Shown in pieces: positions 1 to 8,384 of a DNA stretch of 64,000 nt. Below the pieces are notes generated by a model that saw only the letters and a list, made by a program, of their open reading frames with translations, was not told where the DNA came from and ran no database searches. This DNA is from Rubripirellula sp. Lineage in GTDB: Bacteria > Planctomycetota > Planctomycetia > Pirellulales > Pirellulaceae. A program made the position numbers and the translations under genes. Within the stretch, counting starts at the first letter, position 1, and each line of letters begins with the position of its first letter. Where the stretch lies: the NCBI GenBank assembly GCA_965216875.1, contig OZ244207.1:448001-512000 (forward strand), in the 5' to 3' direction.

Positions 1-1
1 C

Positions 2-451
2 AGCCGCGTAGGTTGGGCGAATCCCAAACGTCACAATTCGCGTTGGGTCTTCATCGATCAGCGCTTGCCCGGCGGCGATTGCATTCTGAAATGCCGACTC
101 GTCTTTGATGACGTGATCCGAAGGCATGACAACCATGGTCCCCTCGGGATCGACGCGATGAACCATCGCAGCGGCAAGGCCAACGCAGGGAGCGGTGTCG
201 CGTTTACTGGGTTCGCCAACGACGTTCTCGGCTGGCAGGGCGGGCAACTGTGACGCGATGGCATCCACCAAGACGCGATTGGTGATCACCATTTGTCGTT
301 CGGGTGGGACCAAGTCGCCAAGTCGATCGACCGTCGATTGGATCATCGTGCGCTCTCCCGCGAGCGCCAACAGTTGTTTGGGACGTTGGGTACGGCTTGC
401 TGGCCAGAAACGTGTTCCACTGCCGCCAGCCATGATCACAGCATGTAGCAT
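2..451 (-). CDS. manC: Mannose-1-phosphate guanylyltransferase, 5' part (runs off the window edge)
   Basis: Manual translation from ATG at 451: MLHAVIMAGGSGTRFWPASRTQRPKQLL...GEPSKRDTAPC...VMPSDHVI...IVTFGIRPT, all ManC/GMP signature motifs. Absent from the ORF track because it has no stop in the window. Confidence 0.9.
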   Translation of the reverse strand, partial: MLHAVIMAGGSGTRFWPASRTQRPKQLLALAGERTMIQSTVDRLGDLVPPERQMVITNRVLVDAIASQLPALPAENVVGEPSKRDTAPCVGLAAAMVHRVDPEGTMVVMPSDHVIKDESAFQNAIAAGQALIDEDPTRIVTFGIRPTYAA

Positions 452-455
452 CGCG

Positions 456-2771
456 TTATTCCTTATCGCGGTCGCCGAGCGTTTTGCGTCGTGCGATCTC
501 TTCGTCCAATAGTTTGAGAGCTTGTCGGAAATCGTTGTTCTCGGGCGCCAGCTCGATTGCTCGTTCGATCTGTTGCCGCGCCTCGTCCAGTTCGTCAGCA
601 AGGTAGAGCGACAAACCGAATCGATATTGTAGGTCAGCGTTGTCGGGGGCAAGCGAGGCATCGCGACGCAGCAGCGGCAATTCGTCTTTACGCAGCTGCT
701 TGGCTTCGTCCGCGAGTTGCTTCGCTTTTTGCGGGCCAACCGAACGAGCAACCTGTTCGAGCAATTGCGCGAGATTGGTTCTCGCTCCGGTCGTCTTGGG
801 CTCAATCCGAATGGCGGTCCGATACGCCTCTTCGGCTTCGTCAGCCAATCCACGTGCTTCGCACAGCATCGCCCAACCCATGTGGGCTCCTGAGCGATCT
901 GATGCGGTCATCAACGCGTCGCGCACTTCGTCGATTGCCTTGTCGACACGCAACTGATCGGTTCCGCTCAGTTCACCGTAGGCACCGGACGTCACCAAAA
1001 CGCGGACCGCTTCGCTTCGTACCAATCGAACCGGGTCGTCGATGTGTTTGAGGAGAGTTCGCCCCACATCGCGCAAGGCATCGGGGCTTGCCTGTGCAGA
1101 GGTCAGGAAAACATTGATCGCAGCGGCGCGAACAATGGGATGCTGATTCTCGTCGGCGAGCATTTTGCGCGCGGTTCCGATGGCTTCGATGCGACCGGTC
1201 CTCGCGAGTTCACTCAGCGCCGTCGCTCGCGCGATTGGCGGGGCCAAGTCATCCGTCTTGCGAACAAGCCGAAGCATCTGTTCGAGCGATTTCGGTTCGC
1301 CCGCTCGAAACGCATGCAGTGTTTCGGCGAAGTGAGGGTCCTTGCGCCGTTTTTCTCCGTACCATTGCTGACAAGCTTCGTCGCACCATTGGTCGACCTT
1401 CTTGACGATGTCGTCGATCGATTGGTTTTGGTCTCGCGCAACGAGCCAATCGGCGTATTCGCCAAGCGACTGCTGATCCGATGGGTTCAGGTCCTTGATG
1501 TGATCGTTGACGTGACAACCGCTGCAGGCGTTAGGCGTATTGAGTTGGGTTGAGAGGTCAGGGCGTGGAATTCGCAAGCTGTGATCACGGCGTGGGTCGA
1601 CCGCCATGTAGGTCGTCTCAGGCATGTGGCAGTTCACGCACATCGCTCCCGGCGTGCCTGGCTTGTGATGATGGTGCGATGGAACGTCGTACTTACCAGC
1701 GGCGTGCTGATGACACGATGTACACGTTTCGTTGCCAGGGTGCTTTAGCTTGAGTGAATGGGGATCATGGCAATCGCTGCAACGGATCCCCTTGTGGTAC
1801 ATGCGGCTTTGAACAAACGATCCATAGACATAGACCTCATCTTTGATCTGGCCGTCGTCGTGGTAGGTGTCGGCATGCAATAGTTCGAGGCTAAAGTGAT
1901 CGCAGTAGTTCGGTCCGGGACGGAAGTTGGCATCAAGCATTCCGCGACGACTGTGACAGGGTGCACAGGTTTGCAACTGGGGTTCGGCATCCTCGCCCTT
2001 GAGTTTGGCCAAACCGAATCCGTGATTCCGATCCCAGAAAAGCGACTTGCTGTTGGCCAAGTCCACATGCATGCTGCCGGGACCGTGGCAAGCTTCGCAG
2101 CTCACGTCGATTTCAGAAAAGGTCGTGTGATAGCGCGCCGTCTTGACGTCAAAGTTGCGTTTTAGATTGGTTGAATGACAGTCGGCACACATCGTCTGCC
2201 AACGCTGTGCGATCCCCGTCCAGTGAAGCGGATCGTCGGGTTCGAGTTTGTCGTCGACATCAGGCGGTCGCAGGTAGAACCATCGCTTCTTTTCGGTGTC
2301 CCAGCAGATTCGCAAAACTTGCAATCGCGGGATCTCATTCTCTGCCAGATTGGGGGCACGATCGAACTCGACCATGTACTGTTGGAGGGGTTCGTAGCCA
2401 AAGACGTACTTGACCTCAAAGTCTTCCATCTGGCCGGTTTCGCCTTCGGTGTGAACCATAAAGCGGTCCCCGTCGCGAAACATCCGGTCGACCATCCCAT
2501 CATGCTCGAGGGTCGCATCGTTGAAATCACCGAGCACTGTTGCTTCGGTGGCCAAATCCATTGCCAAGTCGTGATGTGAACCGGCAAACGCGTCGGCTTG
2601 GTCTTTGTGGCAGTCAATGCATTGGCTGCGGCCAACGTACGTCGCTTGGACATCGGTAGGGATCGCAGTCCAGTAGTCGGCAAACACGCCGCCGGCCAGC
2701 AAGAGACCAATGGCACCGACCACGATCCAACGTTTCGATGTGGGTTCAGAAGATCGCGAACGGTCGGTCAA
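456..2771 (-). CDS. Membrane-anchored multiheme c-type cytochrome with C-terminal HEAT/TPR repeats
   Basis: N-terminal TM helix; 8 CxxCH motifs (CIDCH, CADCH, CEACH, CAPCH, CSDCH, CTSCH, CVNCH, CSGCH); HEAT-like (VRAAA, VRSEAV) and TPR-like helices at the C-terminus. Confidence 0.85.
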   Translation of the reverse strand: MTDRSRSSEPTSKRWIVVGAIGLLLAGGVFADYWTAIPTDVQATYVGRSQCIDCHKDQADAFAGSHHDLAMDLATEATVLGDFNDATLEHDGMVDRMFRDGDRFMVHTEGETGQMEDFEVKYVFGYEPLQQYMVEFDRAPNLAENEIPRLQVLRICWDTEKKRWFYLRPPDVDDKLEPDDPLHWTGIAQRWQTMCADCHSTNLKRNFDVKTARYHTTFSEIDVSCEACHGPGSMHVDLANSKSLFWDRNHGFGLAKLKGEDAEPQLQTCAPCHSRRGMLDANFRPGPNYCDHFSLELLHADTYHDDGQIKDEVYVYGSFVQSRMYHKGIRCSDCHDPHSLKLKHPGNETCTSCHQHAAGKYDVPSHHHHKPGTPGAMCVNCHMPETTYMAVDPRRDHSLRIPRPDLSTQLNTPNACSGCHVNDHIKDLNPSDQQSLGEYADWLVARDQNQSIDDIVKKVDQWCDEACQQWYGEKRRKDPHFAETLHAFRAGEPKSLEQMLRLVRKTDDLAPPIARATALSELARTGRIEAIGTARKMLADENQHPIVRAAAINVFLTSAQASPDALRDVGRTLLKHIDDPVRLVRSEAVRVLVTSGAYGELSGTDQLRVDKAIDEVRDALMTASDRSGAHMGWAMLCEARGLADEAEEAYRTAIRIEPKTTGARTNLAQLLEQVARSVGPQKAKQLADEAKQLRKDELPLLRRDASLAPDNADLQYRFGLSLYLADELDEARQQIERAIELAPENNDFRQALKLLDEEIARRKTLGDRDKE

Positions 2772-2813
2772 CGGTAGCTTTTGCAGAGGTGGTGGGGCTT
2801 TGAGTGCAGACGC

Positions 2814-3233
2814 CTATTGTACTTCAGTCAGAAGTTTGACCGCTTCGGATCGCATCTGCTTAACAAGTTGTTGCCGAGTTTTATCGCGCGATCCGATCTG
2901 TTCAAGTCGGCGTGCCGCACGAAGCAGGCTCTCGGCGGCATGTGCGTGGCGTGATTGAGCCGATGACGCACCTTCCATCGCATCGAGTTCCTTTCCGAGC
3001 ATGCTGTTTTTCAACAGGCTCTGCTGGCCCGCCAGCTCGAGCAAATCGTTCAAAATGGGATCGGACGATTGCCCCGGATTCCCACTCTCGATGGCTTGGC
3101 GGAACTTTTCCTCAATCGATTGCTGACGCTTTGTTTCGTTGGGGCTTTGAGCCACACCGACGCTCAGTCCGGTGAAAATCCCCATGACTGCCATCACCGC
3201 CAACACGACCAGCCATCTGCCATATTCGTACAT
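2814..3233 (-). CDS. Hypothetical exported protein
   Basis: Likely start MYEYGRWLVVLAVMAVMG (signal-peptide-like) inside track ORF 2814..3416; helical C-terminus. Confidence 0.6.
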   Translation of the reverse strand: MYEYGRWLVVLAVMAVMGIFTGLSVGVAQSPNETKRQQSIEEKFRQAIESGNPGQSSDPILNDLLELAGQQSLLKNSMLGKELDAMEGASSAQSRHAHAAESLLRAARRLEQIGSRDKTRQQLVKQMRSEAVKLLTEVQ

Positions 3234-3454
3234 CGCCCAACCCACCGTGAAAAAGGTGCAAAAAACGGATCCATCCCATGCCACCGCCGCATATTGGACC
3301 TGATAGTGTCCTGCCATATCAACAGTGATCGGCAGCGGTGATGGCCGCGGCCTACCTACAGCAAACAACGCGCCAATGGCTGGTGGCGGCCGCGGAATAA
3401 GGCCCGGAGACGTCACCCGGACATTGGGAATCAGGACCCTGAGTCATCGGGACC

Positions 3455-4327
3455 CTAGGAATCCGGACCTTGGGGACCGTTGGGATGGTTGGGGCCGGGC
3501 GGCGGTGGGGCCTGCTCGGTCACCGGCGGACGCTTCGAAATCGGTTGCTGTGGCGCCGGTTGTTTTCCGCCGGTTGATTGAGCCGTCCGCGTTCGGGTTG
3601 TCGGACGTCGCTTGATGGGCGCCAGGGCATGCTGAGTTTGGTAGGCGACCTCGGCAATCATCGAGTCGACCCGGTTGCGGCAGATCGCGTAGACGGCCAA
3701 GGCGGGAATCGCGACGACCAAGCCGCCGACCGTCGTGACGAGCGCTTGGTAGATCCCTTCGGCCAGGTCGCCGGCGCCGGCTGAACCGCGAGTCGTTGCA
3801 ACTTGTTGGAATGCAAAAATCATCCCCGTGACGGTTCCAAGCAGCCCGACCATCGGCGCGATGTTGCCGATCACCGAAAGGTATTCGATTCGACGCATGA
3901 GACGTGCGGCTTGTTGTGCCAACGAATCTTCGACTGCTTTTTCCACTTCGCGCCAACCGAATTCGAGTTCCGACAATCCCGAAAGCAAGACGACACTCAA
4001 GACGCTCGGTTGGCGCCTGCACGCGGCGTCGGCTTCGGCGGGACGCCCGGTCAACAGCGATTGACGTACCGCATCGCTAACACCGTCGGGCAACACTTCG
4101 CTGCGTCGCAGCGTCATGACTTGATCGAAAACCAAGTAGGCGGCGGCGACGCTTAACGCGAACAGCACCAAAAGAATCAACAGGCCAACGATGCCGCCGC
4201 TGAGGACGATTTCAAAGAAACCATCGCCTTGGATTTGGTCGGCTGCTTGTGCCCCAGTGGACTGCGTGCCAGTGGGTGGGGCTGCTTGTGCGAGCAGTGC
4301 AAAGGAAAGGTCGGCTGGACTCATCAT
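3455..4327 (-). CDS. MotA/TolQ/ExbB proton channel family protein
   Basis: IGNIAPMVGLLGTVTGMI and GIYQALVTTVGGLVVAIPA motifs, three TM segments, Pro-rich tail. Confidence 0.9.
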   Translation of the reverse strand: MMSPADLSFALLAQAAPPTGTQSTGAQAADQIQGDGFFEIVLSGGIVGLLILLVLFALSVAAAYLVFDQVMTLRRSEVLPDGVSDAVRQSLLTGRPAEADAACRRQPSVLSVVLLSGLSELEFGWREVEKAVEDSLAQQAARLMRRIEYLSVIGNIAPMVGLLGTVTGMIFAFQQVATTRGSAGAGDLAEGIYQALVTTVGGLVVAIPALAVYAICRNRVDSMIAEVAYQTQHALAPIKRRPTTRTRTAQSTGGKQPAPQQPISKRPPVTEQAPPPPGPNHPNGPQGPDS

Positions 4328-6153
4328 GACTCCATCATGTCAGCTGTACCGGCCGAGAGTAGGAACTCGGCATCGGCAAGCAAAGGATCATCCCACCGAA
4401 GGCTCAGCACACCGTCGCGTTGTAGTTGCAGGATCGTTTCATGGTGTCGCTCGCGTATCCGTTTCTCGGCTCGATCGACACGTGAACGCCCCTGTGCCAA
4501 AGACAAGACGACCATCGCAAAAATCGCTGTGGGCAATATCGACAATAACAAACTGGTCAGCAGCATCGACATTTCGGGACGTGGAAACGACTCGAGGCCG
4601 CCCCCCATCTCGATCAGCGTCGAATAGCTTGCACCAAAGTATCCTCGATAAAGCGCGACAATGGGACCAGCCATCAAAAACCAAAACACGGCCGTTCCGA
4701 TGAGTCCACAGAGGACTGCGCCTGCGCGCGAAAAGTTCACGTTTTCGATTTCGTCATGGAAGATGCGTTGCGATTGCTCTTGCAACGCGCCGATTCCGGA
4801 AAGGTAGGCAACTTGCGAACGGTTTGCGTCCCCTGCGATTGAAATCTGAGAGGGGCGCTGTTGCCTGAGTTCGGCGATTTCGTCGCGAAAACGAGCCGCC
4901 AACGGACCCAAGCGATCGGTCACTGCGGCCGCACTGCGGCGCTGGAGTCCGTCTCGGACATCCTGGTCTGCACCCTGTTGGGCGACCAAATTCTTGGTGC
5001 TGCTCCAGACGACGCTGATCAACGACGGGAGCGATCCCGAGAGCGAAAGGAACACACGGTCCCAAGCTCCGTGTGTCATGTTCAACAGGCTAAGTTGCGA
5101 CCGATAGGGGAACCAAAACGCAGCCGTGTCGGTAATCAGCGAAAGTCTCAGGTTGCTGCGGATCGCTGCGCGAAGCGGTCCGCCACTTCCGACGAGGCTT
5201 TCGGCAACCTCGGCTGGCAACTTCGTTGCTTCATCGTTTAACCGTCTGACCGCCGCGGTCAAACCGGGAAGCTGGTCGCTCAGGACACCATGCAGCGCCG
5301 CGCGGAACCGGCCGTCGAGAGCCGATAAGCGGGTGCTTCGCCGACGATCCCCTTCCCAGGCGTTACCGAGTTCCGCTTGCAGACGGGCTGCCACCTCGGT
5401 CGCCGCTGCGCCGCCAATCGTCTTTTCGTCTCGTCCGCCAATTTCAAAATCGTCAACCACCACGGGGGTCGCGATCACGCTTGTCGGTGCTGCTTCGCGC
5501 ATCCGCGCCACGAAGGCTTCGATGTCGGATGTCAATGCGTCATCGCGCGTGCGAACGATGTTCACCACGGGGATGACGATCGTGCCTTCGCTCGCCTCGG
5601 TCAACATGCCGACCGTTTCGCTCCGCAATTGGTCACGACGGACGATCAATAGCAGAACGGATGCGAGCGAGAGTGCTCGGGACGCGATCTTGGCAATCTT
5701 GCGACGATCATCGGTCGCACCGGGGGCGTCGACCAGCAGATAGGGGCCGCCAATCGATTCCATCTTGCCCGCGTCGCAGTGGATGTACTTTTCATGCCGA
5801 GAATCGAGGTCGGCTGGCGGCACCGGTCCGACCCAAGTCAACGATTCGGTTGCTTCCGCCGCATTGTTGCCGCTCGGAATCGCAGCGGCGACCGATGCGT
5901 CTTGAATGAGTTGCCGAATCATCCAAGACTTGCCCTGACCGGTTGCGCCGACGACAGCAACCACGCTTGCGCCACTGCTGCGATCTTCGAGGATCATCCT
6001 GCGCGCTTCCGCATGCTCGTCGCAAAGTTCAAGCACCTCGCGGCCCGTTTCACTGTCTCCCAAGACGCTGGTTGCGGCGCGACGAACGCGGGAAAGAAAA
6101 ACGCGTCCCGGTTCTCCAAGCGAGCTTGCAGGTTGCGGCGATGCTTCCGTCAC
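4324..6153 (-). CDS. P-loop GTPase (dynamin/Era-like) with two C-terminal TM helices
   Basis: G1 VVGATGQGKS, G3 LVDAPG, degenerate G4 VNIVR; long helical region; two hydrophobic segments near the C-terminus. Confidence 0.7.
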   Translation of the reverse strand: MTEASPQPASSLGEPGRVFLSRVRRAATSVLGDSETGREVLELCDEHAEARRMILEDRSSGASVVAVVGATGQGKSWMIRQLIQDASVAAAIPSGNNAAEATESLTWVGPVPPADLDSRHEKYIHCDAGKMESIGGPYLLVDAPGATDDRRKIAKIASRALSLASVLLLIVRRDQLRSETVGMLTEASEGTIVIPVVNIVRTRDDALTSDIEAFVARMREAAPTSVIATPVVVDDFEIGGRDEKTIGGAAATEVAARLQAELGNAWEGDRRRSTRLSALDGRFRAALHGVLSDQLPGLTAAVRRLNDEATKLPAEVAESLVGSGGPLRAAIRSNLRLSLITDTAAFWFPYRSQLSLLNMTHGAWDRVFLSLSGSLPSLISVVWSSTKNLVAQQGADQDVRDGLQRRSAAAVTDRLGPLAARFRDEIAELRQQRPSQISIAGDANRSQVAYLSGIGALQEQSQRIFHDEIENVNFSRAGAVLCGLIGTAVFWFLMAGPIVALYRGYFGASYSTLIEMGGGLESFPRPEMSMLLTSLLLSILPTAIFAMVVLSLAQGRSRVDRAEKRIRERHHETILQLQRDGVLSLRWDDPLLADAEFLLSAGTADMMES

Positions 6154-6197
6154 GGATGTCTCTCGCGTCGTTGAAAAGGAATGAAGTGTGAAACGTC

Positions 6198-8384
6198 TTA
6201 GTTGCGTGATATCAACCGCTGGAGCTCTTGTTTGAACTCGTCGCGAACTCGGTACACGGCAAGCGAAGGTCCAACTGCGTCCCGCGTTGCGATTTGCGAA
6301 ACGGGCAACGTTTCTTTCTTGCCACCAATTTCGAGGGTGGGCTGTTTGGTGAGCCGAACGACGCCGAACGTGTCACAGAGCACGGCGTGGAAGTCGGCAA
6401 GTTGTTGAAGCGCCGCTTGTTGGCCAACGTTGCGTGTGTTTTTGCCACCCGACCAGACCGCAGCTAGCGTGGTGAACCCGGCTGCCGCAAACAGCTCCGA
6501 TATCGAAGCTTGCAGCATGAAGTTTGCACCAAAGTCGATGGGGATCGTTAACACACCGGCACAAGCCGCAAGCAGCGCGGCCAACGGAGTCAGTCCGGCG
6601 GTCAGCTTTTTGTGCGTCGGGACTTCGGACCACATTTGCCGAACCGCTTCATCAAGGCGTTTCGGATCGAGCGACGTGAAATCATCACGTTCAAATCGTG
6701 AAATCGCCGCCTCAGCCGCCTCGTTCCAACGCGTTGGGTCGCTGGAGTTCAAGTCGTGTTGGTCACTTTGCTTTTGATTCGAATCACCCGATTCCCCGGC
6801 ATCCCGCGGGACATTTGCGTCAATGTTGGCACCACCCTGGGCATTCCAATGTGGTAGCGAAAGCGATCCGTAGTGACGATCAATCGCCATCGACAAGCGT
6901 TCGGGTGACAACAGCCCGCCATATTCGCCCTTGCGAAACTTGTCTTTGATTTCGCCGGCGGTTTTTTGAGCGAGCGCCGAGGGGGCGAGTTGGCGAACAA
7001 AATCGGCAGCGCCACCAAAAACCTGGCGCACTTTGGCATTCATCCGCACGCCCCAACGAGCGTACCAAGGTGCCGTCGCCGCAAACGATTCGGAAAGCTG
7101 CCGGATGATACGTTCACTTTGATGCAACCGCAGCTCAAGGATCTCACCACCCATTTCGCGATGGGCGAAAAACTCGAGTGCCGCCTCGAGCAAACACTCT
7201 TGAGCCTTTTGTGTGCGTTGAATGGATTCGTCGGCGTCGCGGTCGATGTGGGCAAAGCCATGTTCCCAAACGGCCGTTCTCAGGCCCGATTCGAGCGCGA
7301 TACGAAACTTGTCGAACAACTGTCCGCGATTGAGTCGGCTCGGCAGCGCGGTCAGCAATCGATCCGATTCGATCGACGCTGGCGGGTTGTTGTCGGCATC
7401 GTCTGAAAGGGCAAAGAACACGGGCAGTGGCTCGTCATCCGTGCCGACCGTCGCCTTAGCCTCGTCACTCGTCGGAATGAATGGCCGACTCGCGGGGACT
7501 TCGTAGTCGTATGCGGCGTAAATCGTTTCGATCCCGTGGTTTCGCGCCAAAGGCAGAAACGTGTCGTGAACCTGGTCGGGAGTTTGCCCAGGACGAACCT
7601 TATTGACCGCCAACATCCGAGGAACGCCGGGCATCAAGTCGGAGGCGATTCGCATCAGGTCGCCAAGCGTCGCGTCGCGCGAAGATTCGGCAGAGGTGAC
7701 AACAAGAAACGCGGAACAGAGCGTGGCGGCGCGACCGAGCAACTCGCGGCGAATCGTCGGCGATCCGAGCCCAAGCGATTCGTCAGACACGATGTCGGGA
7801 CAATCGAGCAAGCCGATTCCGGTTTCATCGAGTGCCGGGTCGGTAGCAACGAGCGGGACGCTGAGGAAGGCCTCGCTCCCTTCACGGTTGTTGTATTGTT
7901 GGTGTGCTTTTTCAGGGTCTTCGTTCAGCATCTCGGGCGGCTTGCCAACGGCGTCGCCAATGCGACTCATCAGCAATCCCCACAGTTCGGCATCGCCTTG
8001 CCAGGCGCGCGGTAACCAAAGGACAAATCGATGCGTGCCCTGGTCGTTGTTGGCACCGCGAAGCGTTCGCGCTCGCCCCTCGGGACTTAAGAACGTCGCA
8101 ACCATGCTGGTCTTGCCGCTGTTGAGCATCCCGGCGACGGCGACGGTGGGCCAATCGACCAGTCGTTCGGCCGTGTGTAAACGGCGGCCGGCCGCCAAAA
8201 CATCCTTGGACGAATCGGCATCGAGACGTCGCAGCGAGTTTAAGAAACTCTCGCGTCCTTCGGTCGGATACATCCTGTCGATGGCGGCGCGGCGGTCATC
8301 ATCTTCCAGCAGCGAGAGCAAGCTGGACCAGTCGGTCGTTTCTTTCGTGGATTGACTGCGACGCAGGCCGAACATCGTATTCAA
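6198..8384 (-). CDS. P-loop GTPase (dynamin-like) with C-terminal hydrophobic hairpin
   Basis: G1 VAGMLNSGKTS, G3-like LLDCPD, G4 AVNKV; helical stalk; hydrophobic LTPLAALLAACAGVLTIP...AAAGFTTLAAVW. Confidence 0.7.
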   Translation of the reverse strand: MNTMFGLRRSQSTKETTDWSSLLSLLEDDDRRAAIDRMYPTEGRESFLNSLRRLDADSSKDVLAAGRRLHTAERLVDWPTVAVAGMLNSGKTSMVATFLSPEGRARTLRGANNDQGTHRFVLWLPRAWQGDAELWGLLMSRIGDAVGKPPEMLNEDPEKAHQQYNNREGSEAFLSVPLVATDPALDETGIGLLDCPDIVSDESLGLGSPTIRRELLGRAATLCSAFLVVTSAESSRDATLGDLMRIASDLMPGVPRMLAVNKVRPGQTPDQVHDTFLPLARNHGIETIYAAYDYEVPASRPFIPTSDEAKATVGTDDEPLPVFFALSDDADNNPPASIESDRLLTALPSRLNRGQLFDKFRIALESGLRTAVWEHGFAHIDRDADESIQRTQKAQECLLEAALEFFAHREMGGEILELRLHQSERIIRQLSESFAATAPWYARWGVRMNAKVRQVFGGAADFVRQLAPSALAQKTAGEIKDKFRKGEYGGLLSPERLSMAIDRHYGSLSLPHWNAQGGANIDANVPRDAGESGDSNQKQSDQHDLNSSDPTRWNEAAEAAISRFERDDFTSLDPKRLDEAVRQMWSEVPTHKKLTAGLTPLAALLAACAGVLTIPIDFGANFMLQASISELFAAAGFTTLAAVWSGGKNTRNVGQQAALQQLADFHAVLCDTFGVVRLTKQPTLEIGGKKETLPVSQIATRDAVGPSLAVYRVRDEFKQELQRLISRN

